Source of the DNA: Somniosus microcephalus | Lineage: Eukaryota | Assembly (NCBI GenBank): GCA_052327205.1 | Contig: JBMRGM010000040.1 | Span: 22,196,001-22,260,000 of the forward strand | Reading direction: 5' to 3' | DNA length: 64,000 nt | Shown: positions 52,401 to 62,217 of the stretch, in pieces | How the letters are laid out: each line of letters starts with the position of its first letter | Numbering within the stretch: position 1 is the first letter of the stretch | Position numbers and translations under genes: made by a program | The notes under the pieces: model-generated | Told to the model about the DNA's origin: nothing | The model's database searches: none | What the model saw: the letters and a program-made list of their open reading frames with translations, nothing else

Positions 52401-55400
52401 CAATTACTGCCTTGTGTCGATGGTGTTCCACCATCTATCAGGATCCTGCGAGGTGTGTATGGGAGTTCACAATGTATCCGGGTCCTGCCAGGTGTAAGTG
52501 GGGTTTCACAGTGTAGCAGGATCCTGCCAGGTGTGCATGGGTTTTCACAGTTTAACAGCATCCTGTCAGGTGTGTATGGGGTTTCAGAGTGTATCAGGAT
52601 CCTGCCAGGTGTGTGTGGGTTTCACAATGTATCAGGATGCTGCCAGGTGTTTATGGGGTTTCACAGTGTATCAGGATCCTGCCAGCTGTGTATGAGGTTT
52701 CACAGTGTATCAGGATCCTGCCAGGTCTGTATGGGTTTGCACAGTGTATCAGGATCCTGCCAGGTGTGTATGGGGTTTCAAAGTTTAACAGCATCCTGTC
52801 AGGTGTGTATGGTGTTCCACCATCTATCAGGATCCTGCCAGGTGTGTATGGGAGTTCACAATGTATCCGGGTCCTGCCAGGTGTAAGTGGGGTTTCACAG
52901 TGTATCAGGATCCTGCCAGGTGTGCATGGGCTTTCACAGTTTAACAGCATCCTGTCAGGTGTGTATGGGGTTTCAGAGTGTATCAGGATCCTGCCAGGTG
53001 TGTGTGGGTTTCACAGTGTATCAGGATGCTGCCAGGTGTTTATGGGGTTTCACAGTGTATCAGGATCCTGCCAGCTGTGTATGGGGTTTCACAGTGTATC
53101 AGGATCCTGCCAGGTGTGTATGGGGTTGCACAGTGTATCAGGATCCTGCCAGGTGTGTATGGGGTTTCACAGTGTATCAGGTTCCTGCCAGGGATGTGTG
53201 GGGTTTCACTGTACATTAGGATCCTGCCAGGGGTGTATGCGGTTTCACAGTGTATCAGGATGCTGCCAGGTGTTTATGGGGTTTCACAGTGTATCAGGAT
53301 ACTGCCAGCTGTGTATGGGGTTTCACAGTTTATGAGGATTCTTCCAGGTGTGTATGGGGTTTCACAGTGTATCAGGATCCTGCCAGCTGTATATGGGTAT
53401 TCACAGTGTATCAGGGTTCTGCCAGGTGTGTGGGGGGATTTACAGTCTCTCAGAATCCTGCCAGGTGTGTATGGGCTTTCACAGTTTAACAGGATCCTGC
53501 TAGGTGTTTATGGGGTTTCAGATTGTATTAGGATCCTGCCAGGTGTAATGTGGGTTTTCTCAGTGTATCAGGATCCTGCCAGGTGTGTATGTGGTTTCAC
53601 AGTGTATCAGGATCCTGCCAGGTGTGTATGGGGTGTCCAAGTGTATCAGGATCCTGCCAGGTGTGTATGCGGTTTCACAGTGTATCAGCATCCTGTCAGG
53701 TGTGTATGGTGTTTCACAGTGTATCAGGAACCTGCCAGGTGTGTATGGGGTTTCCAAGTGTATCAGGATCCTGCCAGGTGTATGTGGGGTTTCACAGTGT
53801 TTCAGGATCCTGCCAGGTGTGTATGGGGTTTTACAGTGTATCAGGATCCTGCCAGGAGTGTATGTGGTTTCACAGTATAACAGGATACTGCCATGTGTGT
53901 ATGGGGTTTCACAGTTTATCAGGATCTTGCCAGGTGTGTTTGGGGGTTCACAGTGTATCAGGATCCTGCCAGGTGTGTGTGGGTTCCACAGTGTATCAGG
54001 ATGCTGCCAGGTTTTTATGGGGTTTCACAGAATATCAGGATCCTGCCAGCTGTGTCTGGGGTTTCACAGTGTATCAGGATCCTGCCAGGTGTGTATGGGG
54101 TTGCACAGTGTATCAGGATCCTGCCAGGTGTGTATGGGGTTTCACAGTGTATCAGGATCCTGCCAGGTGTGTATGGGGTTTCCAAGTGTATCAGGATCCT
54201 GCCAGGTGTGTATGCGGTTTGACAGTGTATCAGGATGCTGCCAGGTGTGTATGGGGTTTCACTGTATATCAGGATCCTGCCAGGTGTTTCTGGAGTTTCA
54301 CAGTGGATCAGGTTCCTGCCAGGGGTGTATGGGGTTTCACAGTACATCAGGATCCTGCCAGGTGTATTTCTGGTTTCACAATGTATCAGGCCATGTCTTC
54401 TGTGTAAGGGGTATCACAGTGAATCAGGATCCTGCCAGTAATGTAAGGGGTTTCACATTAATCAATTCCTTACGTGTGTCCAAGGGGTTCCACAGTCTAT
54501 CAGGATCCTGCCATTTGTGTATGGGGTTTCACAGTGTATCAGGATACTGCCAGGTGTATGTGGGGTTTCACAGTGTTTCAGGATCCTGCCAGGTGTGTAT
54601 GGGGTTTTACAGTGTATCAGGATCCTGCCAGGAGTGTATGTGGTTTCACAGTATAACAGGATACTGCCATGTGTGTATGGGGTTTCACAGTTTATCAGGA
54701 TCTTGCCAGGTGTGTTTGGGGGTTCACAGTGTATCAGGATCCTGCCAGGTGTGTGTGGGTTTCACAGTGTATCAGGATGCTGCCAGGTGTTTATGGGGTT
54801 TCACAGTGTATCAGGATCCTGCCAGCTGTGTCTGGGGTTTCACAGTTTATCAGGATCCTGCCAGGTGTGTATGGGGTTGCACAGTGTTTCAGGATCCTGC
54901 CAGATGTGTATTGGGTTTCACAGTGTATCAGGTTCCTGCCAGGGATGTGTGGGGTTTCACTGTACATCAGGATCCTGCCAGGTGTGTATGCGGTTTCACA
55001 GTGTATCAGGATGCTGCCAGGTGTTTATGGGGTTTCACAGTGTATCAGGATCCTGCCAGCTGTGTATGGGGTTTCACAGTTTATGAGGATCCTTCCAGGT
55101 GTGTATGGGGTTTCACAGTGTATCAGGATCCTGCCAGGGGTATATGGGTATTCACAGTGTATCAGGGTTCTGCCAGGTGTGTGGGGGGATTTACAGTCTA
55201 TCAGGATCCTGCCAGGTGTGTATGGGCTTTCACAGTTTAACAGGATCCTGCCAGGTGTTTATGGGGTTTCAGATTGTATTAGGATCCTGCCAGGTGTAAT
55301 GTGGGTTTTCTCAGTGTATCAGGATCCTGCCAGGTGTGTATGTGGTTTCAGAGTGTATCAGGATCCTGCCAGGTGTGTATGGGGTTTCCAAGTGTATCAG

Positions 55401-58400
55401 GATCCTGCCAGGTGTGTATGCGGTTTGACAGTGTATCAGGATGCTGCCAGGTGTGTATGGGGTTTCACTGTGTATCAGGATCCTGCCAGGTGTGTCTGGG
55501 GTTTCACAGTGTATCAGGTTCCTGCCAGGGGTGTATGGGGTTTCACAGTACATCAGGATCCTGCCAGGTGTATTTCTGGTTTCACAATGTATCAGGCCAT
55601 GTCTTCTGTGTATGGGGTATCACAGTGAATCAGGATCCTGCCAGTAATGTAAGGGGTTTCACATTAATCAATTCCTTACGTGTGTCTAAGGGGTTCCACA
55701 GTCTATCAGGATCCTACCATTTGTGTATGGGGTTTCACAGTGTATCAGGATCCTGCCAGGTGTATGTGGGGTTTCACAGTGTTTCAGGATCCTGCCAGGT
55801 GTGTATGGGGTTTTACAGTGTATCAGGATCCTGCCAGGAGTGTATGTGGTTTCACAGTATAACAGGATACTGCCATGTGTGTATGGGGTTTCACAGTTTA
55901 TCAGGATCTTGCCAGGTGTGTTTGGGGGTTCACAGTGTATCAGGATCCTGCCAGGTGTGTATGGGGTTTCACAGTGTATCAGGATCCTGCCAGGTGTGTA
56001 TGGGGTTTCCAAGTGTATCAGGATCCTGCCAGGTGTGTATGCGGTTTGACAGTGTATCAGGATGCTGCCAGGTGTGTATGGGGTTTCACTGTATATCAGG
56101 ATCCTGCCAGGTGTTTCTGGGGTTTCACAGTGGATCAGGTTCCTGCCAGGGGTGTATGGGGTTTCACAGTACATCAGGATCCTGCCAGGTGTATTTCTGG
56201 TTTCACAATGTATCAGGCCATGTCTTCTGTGTAAGGGGTATCACAGTGAATCAGGATCCTGCCAGTAATGTAAGGGGTTTCACATTAATCAATTCCTTAC
56301 GTGTGTCCAAGGGGTTCCACAGTCTATCAGGATCCTGCCATTTGTGTATGGGGTTTCACAGTGTATCAGGATACTGCCAGGTGTATGTGGGGTTTCACAG
56401 TGTTTCAGGATCCTGCCAGGTGTGTATGGGGTTTTACAGTGTATCAGGATCCTGCCAGGAGTGTATGTGGTTTCACAGTATAACAGGATACTGCCATGTG
56501 TGTATGGGGTTTCACAGTTTATCAGGATCTTGCCAGGTGTGTTTGGGGGTTCACAGTGTATCAGGATCCTGCCAGGTGTGTGTGGGTTTCACAGTGTATC
56601 AGGATGCTGCCAGGTGTTTATGGGGTTTCACAGTGTATCAGGATCCTGCCAGCTGTGTCTGGGGTTTCACAGTTTATCAGGATCCTGCCAGGTGTGTATG
56701 GGGTTGCACAGTGTTTCAGGATCCTGCCAGATGTGTATGGGGTTTCACAGTGTATCAGGTTCCTGCCAGGGATGTGTGGGGTTTCACTGTACATCAGGAT
56801 CCTGCCAGGTGTGTATGCGGTTTCACAGTGTATCAGGATGCTGCCAGGTGTTTATGGGGTTTCACAGTGTATCAGGATCCTGCCAGCTGTGTATGGGGTT
56901 TCACAGTTTATGAGGATCCTTCCAGGTGTGTATGGGGTTTCACAGTGTATCAGGATCCTGCCAGGGGTATATGGGTATTCACAGTGTATCAGGGTTCTGC
57001 CAGGTGTGTGGGGGGATTTACAGTCTATCAGGATCCTGCCAGGTGTGTATGGGCTTTCACAGTTTAACAGGATCCTGCCAGGTGTTTATGGGGTTTCAGA
57101 TTGTATTAGGATCCTGCCAGGTGTAATGTGGGTTTTCTCAGTGTATCAGGATCCTGCCAGGTGTGTATGTGGTTTCAGAGTGTATCAGGATCCTGCCAGG
57201 TGTGTATGGGGTTTCCAAGTGTATCAGGATCCTGCCAGGTGTGTATGCGGTTTGACAGTGTATCAGGATGCTGCCAGGTGTGTATGGGGTTTCACTGTGT
57301 ATCAGGATCCTGCCAGGTGTGTCTGGGGTTTCACAGTGTATCAGGTTCCTGCCAGGGGTGTATGGGGTTTCACAGTACATCAGGATCCTGCCAGGTGTAT
57401 TTCTGGTTTCACAATGTATCAGGCCATGTCTTCTGTGTATGGGGTATCACAGTGAATCAGGATCCTGCCAGTAATGTAAGGGGTTTCACATTAATCAATT
57501 CCTTACGTGTGTCTAAGGGGTTCCACAGTCTATCAGGATCCTACCATTTGTGTATGGGGTTTCACAGTGTATCAGGATCCTGCCAGGTGTATGTGGGGTT
57601 TCACAGTGTTTCAGGATCCTGCCAGGTGTGTATGGGGTTTTACAGTGTATCAGGATCCTGCCAGGAGTGTATGTGGTTTCACAGTATAACAGGATACTGC
57701 CATGTGTGTAAGGGGTTTCACAGTTTATCAGGATCTTGCCAGGTGTGTTTGGGGGTTCACAGTGTATCAGGATCCTGCCAGGTGTGTATGGGGTTTCACA
57801 GTTTATCAGGAACCTGCCAGGTGTTTATGCGGTTTCAGGGTGTATCAGGATCCTGCCAGGTGTGTATGGGGATTCACAGTTTATCAGGGTCCTGCCAGGT
57901 GTATTTGTGGTTTGACAATGTATCAGACCATCCCTTGTGTGTATGGTGTTTCACAGTGTATCAGGATCCTGCCAGTAATGTATGTGGTTTCACAGTAAAT
58001 CAATTACTGCCTTGTGTCTATGGTGTTCCACCATCTATCACGATCCTGCCAGGTGTGTATGGGAGTTCACAGTATATCCGGGTCCTGCCAGGTGTAAGTG
58101 GGGTTTCACAGTGTATCAGGATCCTGCCAGGTGTGCATGGGCTTTCACAGTTTAACAGCATCCTGTCAGGTGTGTATGGGGTTTCAGAGTGTATCAGGAT
58201 CCTGCCAGGTGTGTATGGGGTTTCACAGTGTCTTAGGAACCTGCCAGGTGTGCATGGGGTTTCCAAGTGTATCAGGAACCTGCCAGGTGTGTATGGGGTT
58301 TCCAAGTGTATCAGGATCCTGCCAGATGTGTCTGGGGTTTCACAGTGTATCAGGTTCCTGCCAGGGGTGTATGGGGTTTCACAGTACATCAGGATCCTGC

Positions 58401-60007
58401 CAGGAGTGTATGTGGTTTCACAGTATAACAGGATACTGCCAGGAGTGTATGTGGTTTCACAGTACATCAGGATCCTGCCAGGAGTGTATGTGGTTTCACA
58501 GTATAACAGGATACTGCCATGTGTGTATGGGGTTTCACAGTATAACAGGATACTGTCATGTGTGTATGGGGTTTCACAATTTATCAGGATCTTGCCAGGT
58601 GTGTTTGGGGGTTCACAGTTTATCAGGAACCTGCCAGGTGTTTATGCGGTTTCACGGTGTATCAGGATCCTGCCAGGTGTGTATGGGGATTCACAGTTTA
58701 TCAGGGTCCTGCCAGGTGTATTTGTGGTTTGACAATGTATCAGACCATCCCTTGTGTGTATGGTGTTTCACAGTGTATCAGGATCCTGCCAGTAATGTAT
58801 GTGGTTTCACAGTAAATCAATTACTGCCTTGTGTCTATGGTGTTCCACCATCTATCACGATCCTGCCAGGTGTGTATGGGAGTTCACAGTGTATCCGGGT
58901 CCTGCCAGGTGTAAGTGGGGTTTCACAGTGTATCAGGATCCTGCCAGGTGTGCATGGGCTTTCACAGTTTAACAGCATCCTGTCAGGTGTGTATGGGGTT
59001 TCAGAGTGTATCAGGATCCTGCCAGGTGTGTGTGGGTTTCACAGTGTATCAGGATGCTGCCAGGTGTGTATGGGGTTTCACAGTGTATCAGGCACCTGCC
59101 AGGTGTGTGTGCGGTTTCACAATGTATCAGGATGCTGCCAGGTATTTATGGGGTTTCACAGTGTAACAGGATATTGCCAGGTGTTTAAGGGGATTCGCAC
59201 TGTGTCAGGATCCTGCCAGGTGTGTATGGAGTTTCACAGTATTTCAGGATCCTGCCAGGTGTGTTTGTGGTTTCACAATATATCAGGACATGCCTTGTGT
59301 GTATGGGGTTTCACATTGTATCAGGATGCTGCCAGGTGTGTATGGGATTTTACAGTGTATTAGGATCCTGCCAAGTATTTATGGAGTTTCACAGTGTATC
59401 AGGATCCTACCTGGTTTGTATTGGTTTTCAGAACTGATATGCGTGTTTTTTAATGGAAGTTAAAATGCAGCTGCAAATTTAAATAAACCTCTGAACACGA
59501 TGTGCAATCGAACTTCCATCCGTGCAGTAGTTTTGGGGATTGACAAGCAATACAGCTGTTTAACCCAACCCCCTGAACGTCTGATACCGATTATCCATCA
59601 ATCTTTAGACAAACGGATATGGGCACACTTTCAGAATTAAAATAAATTGTATAAAATGCCAAGTGCGTCACTTACCCTTCAGATGTTCGCCAACTTCAGT
59701 TAAACCTCGTGCGATATTTATGTTATCAAATTCATCAGCATCTGTTCAGATCAATTAGATTTCATGAAACCAGTTTTAATCAGTATTACAATCGTGTTTA
59801 AATATGAAATTAAACTCAGCGTGATTTTATCGTACCAAGTTCCTCCATTTCTTTCAATATTTTGTCCAACTTTGGTACCCCATGGCGCATATTCACAAAG
59901 GATTTCCACATCACCCTTCGGGCCCCAGAGCCTTTCTCCATCACTAAGTTTAGGAGAAGTTTGGAACTGTCCGCCCTGTTACCCTTCTCCACGAGCTCAG
60001 TCACTTT
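31353..60007 (-). CDS. NLR family protein (death-fold-like N-terminus, FISNA-like, NACHT, LRR); spliced, 5'-incomplete in window
   Basis: Exons 59836-60007, 59676-59741, 35681-37454, 32824-32910, 32464-32634, 31922-32092, 31612-31779 and 31353-31440 all have AG/GT boundaries and compatible phases. They sum to 2697 nt, one open frame ending TGA. Confidence 0.9.
31612..31779 (-). CDS. NLR LRR exon (168 nt)
   Basis: CCCAG acceptor, GTGAGT donor; [55 protein letters not shown]. Confidence 0.9.
31922..32092 (-). CDS. NLR LRR exon (171 nt)
   Basis: CCCAG acceptor, GTAAGT donor; [18 protein letters not shown]...[28 protein letters not shown] (RI-like LRR pair). Confidence 0.95.
32129..32353 (-). 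mobile_element. Solo LTR (225 bp) in an LRR intron
   Basis: TG...CA termini flanked by the 5-bp TSD AGTGT (32124-32128 and 32354-32358). The minus strand has TATAAG and ATTAAA in LTR order. Removing it restores similarity to the paralogous intron at about 31805-31845. Confidence 0.65.
32464..32634 (-). CDS. NLR LRR exon (171 nt)
   Basis: CCTCAG acceptor, GTAAAT donor; [56 protein letters not shown]. Confidence 0.95.
32824..32910 (-). CDS. NLR LRR exon (87 nt)
   Basis: TTTAG acceptor, GTAAGT donor; [28 protein letters not shown]. Confidence 0.9.
33295..34540 (+). mobile_element. CR1 LINE 3' half in NLR intron
   Basis: ORF 33440-33973 has WIQNWL, SGVPQGS and KFADDTK. The tail CTATGACTCTATGATTCTA is at about 34520-34540. 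Confidence 0.92.
35681..37454 (-). CDS. NLR large exon: FISNA-like segment, NACHT, HD1/WHD/HD2 and first LRRs
   Basis: Walker A GVPGIGKT, Walker [11 protein letters not shown], sensor-1 LLTSRP, winged-helix [12 protein letters not shown]. The AG acceptor is at 37456-37455 and the GT donor at 35680-35679. Confidence 0.97.
37790..39365 (-). mobile_element. CR1 LINE, degenerate
   Basis: ORFs 38011-38388 (HLEYC...[17 protein letters not shown]) and 37795-37983, with RT remnants continuing to about 39360. Confidence 0.85.
39380..39920 (-). mobile_element. CR1 3' fragment
   Basis: Tail TAAGAGCAGGAATAGGGCAT..., plus a reverse-complement C-terminal ORF2 remnant (CCTTATTCTGAGACTATGCCCCCTAGTT). Confidence 0.75.
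41130..42766 (+). mobile_element. Young 5'-truncated CR1 LINE with uninterrupted RT ORF (41138-42664)
   Basis: 508-aa open frame with [37 protein letters not shown] and FADD. The 3' UTR and (CTATGTAT)n tail are intact. Confidence 0.97.
43079..43434 (+). mobile_element. tRNA-derived V-SINE (HE1-like)
   Basis: A box TGGCATAGTGG, B box GGTTCGAATCC, central CTGTGTGGAGTTTGCA...CTCCCACAGTCCAAAGA domain and a CR1-like tail. TAATAG flanks both sides (43072-43077, 43435-43440). Confidence 0.9.
44060..59430. repeat. 39-bp satellite array (~15.4 kb), consensus TCAGGATCCTGCCAGGTGTGTATGGGGTTTCACAGTGTA
   Basis: Directly visible tandem array. The 13-aa periodicity of the spurious ORFs confirms the 39-bp unit. 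The edges are more diverged than the centre. Confidence 0.98.
45810..46162 (-). mobile_element. V-SINE inserted in the 39-bp satellite
   Basis: Reverse complement of 43079-43434, with an exact TSD TAATAT at 45804-45809 and 46163-46168. Confidence 0.92.
59676..59741 (-). CDS. NLR linker exon (66 nt)
   Basis: AACAG acceptor, GTAAGT donor, phase 1-1; (D)[21 protein letters not shown] joins in frame to (G)[10 protein letters not shown] at 37454. Confidence 0.85.
59836..60007 (-). CDS. NLR N-terminal death-fold (CARD-like) exon (172 nt)
   Basis: TTGCAG acceptor, GTACG donor; [57 protein letters not shown]. The LL..V..KG..A pattern resembles the C-terminal helices of CARD domains. Confidence 0.85.
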
Positions 60008-60589
60008 CTGCAATGAATAAAATTAAGATACTGAGCAGCGGAGTGAATGGCATACACTGAGAATGAGAAGAACATGATCTGCCACGTGGTGGAATTTACT
60101 ATGTTTTCATGATTCTGCTGAGATAGTTAATCAGGGGCCGGTTACTCTTCCATTCTTAATATATAAATATTCTGCAAATATCTTGTTTCTGTCATTAATT
60201 ATAAATAGAAGTGATGACATTAAAGTATGAATCATTCAGCTGGGCTGTGAAGAAACATTGTTAATCTGAAATAGTGAATGTGACTAGTTTATTATAAAGT
60301 GTATCCAACACGATATCAGGGACCTCATCTGGGAAGGAACTGGGTGCTCCTGAATGAAAGCCTTTGAAACCACACTTACTGTGGGCCCAGGATCTGAATG
60401 GCCCTTCGGTATCAAAACGGTTTCTATTAACAAGTGCGAAACCAATCATGTCGACTGAATACAGCTCTAGAAAAAGGTCTAAAGCTGAAAGACTTTCAAC
60501 AGCAGAACAAAATGGAATGACAATGGAATATTTAAATAATGATTTTTAATTACGATCGTTGTTTTACGGTGTATTTTCAAGTGAGTACA

Positions 60590-62217
60590 AAATCAATCAT
60601 TATTCTGTACTGAACATTGAAGTAACTGTAGAACACAATAATGATCACTGCTTTGTACTGCACATTAAACTAACTGTAGGACATAATGATCACTGCTCTG
60701 TATTGTAAATTGAACTAACTGTAGAAAACAATGATCACTGCTGTGTACTGTACGTTCAACTAAATGTAGCACACAATTATCACTGTACTGTACTGTAAAT
60801 TCAACTAAATGTAGGGCAAAATGATCACTGCTCTGTATGGTACATCAACCTAATTGTAGATCACAGCGATCACTGCGCTGTGATGTATACTGAACTAACT
60901 GAATCATACAAAGATCAGTGATCTGTACTATACACTGAACTAACTGTAGAAAACAATGATCACAGCCCTGTACTGTACATTGAACTAACTGTAGAACACA
61001 ATGATCACTGATCTGTACTGAACATTGAACTAACTGTAGAACACTATGATCACTGCTCTGTACTGAACATTGAATTAACTATGGGACACAATGATCACTG
61101 CTCTGTACTATACACTGAGCTAAATGTATAACACAATGCTCTCTGTTCTGTACAGTACTTTGAATTAACTGTAGAACACAATGATCACTGCTCTGTACTG
61201 AAAATTGAACCAACTGTAGAACACTGTGATCACTGCTCTGTACTGAACATTGAACTAACTATGGAACACTATGATCACTGCTCTGTACTGAACATTGAAC
61301 TAGCTATGGAACACAATGATCACTGCTCTGTGCTGTACACTGAGCTAAATGTAGAACACAATGATCTCTGTTCTGTACTCTGCTTTGAATTAACTTTAGA
61401 ACACAATGATCACTGCTCTGTACTGTAAATTGAACGAACTCTTGAACACATTCATCATTACTCTGTTATGTAAAATGATCTAACTGTAGAACAAAATGAT
61501 CGCTGCTCTGTACTAAACATACAACTAACTGTAGAACACAATGATCACGGCTGTAAATTGAACGTACTCTTGAAAAACAATGATTATTACTCTGTTATGT
61601 AAAATGATCTAACTGTGGAACACAATGATCACTGCTCTATACTGAACATTGCACTAACTGCAGAACACAATGATCGCTGCTCTGTACTGAACATAGCACG
61701 GTGGCATAGTGATTAGCACTGTTGCCTCACAGCGCCAGAGACCCGGGTTCGAATGCGGCCTCGGGTGACTGTCTGTGTGGAGTTTGCACATTCTCCCCGT
61801 GTTTGCGTGGGTTTCCTCCGGGTGCTCCGGTTTCCTCCCACAGTCCAAAAATGTGCGGGTTAGGTTGATTGGCTATGATAAATTGGCCCTTAGTGTTAGG
61901 GGGATTTAATAAGTGGGGTTACAGGGATAGGGTGGGATATGTGTTGGTGTAGGGGTTACGGGGATTGGGTGGGATATGTGTCGGTTCAGGCTCGACAGGC
62001 CGAAATGGCCTCTATCTGCACTGTGGGATTTCTGAATCTTTCTGAATCTGAATCTGTAGTACACGATGATCACTGCTCTGTACTGTACGTAGAACACAAT
62101 GATCGCTGCTCTGTACTGATATAGAACTAACTGTAGAACACCATGATCACTGCTCTGTACTGTACATAGAACTAACTGTAGAACACAATGATCACTGCTG
62201 TGTAATGTACATAGAAC
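60590..62217. repeat. 45-bp minisatellite, consensus AACTAACTGTAGAACACAATGATCACTGCTCTGTACTGAACATTG
   Basis: Period 45 (TGAACTAACT at 60981 and 61026). It is interrupted by a SINE and ends at the LTR element. Confidence 0.95.
61695..62056 (+). mobile_element. V-SINE inserted in the 45-bp minisatellite
   Basis: Near-identical to 43079-43434, with a (TCTGAA)n tail. Confidence 0.9.

Noticed and set aside
44060-59430. CRISPR-like array
   Set aside because: Monomers are head-to-tail with no unique spacers, there are no cas genes and the context is eukaryotic.
44060-59437. Dozens of long Cys-rich ORFs ([26 protein letters not shown], etc.) as a repeat protein
   Set aside because: They arise in all three plus frames from a stop-free 39-bp unit, shift frame freely at indels and lie antisense within an intron.
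60380-60492. Candidate extra NLR exon with a GTAAGT donor on the minus strand
   Set aside because: The phase-0 frame needed to join exon 59836-60007 contains a TGA. The open frame ends in phase 1 and has no death-fold resemblance.
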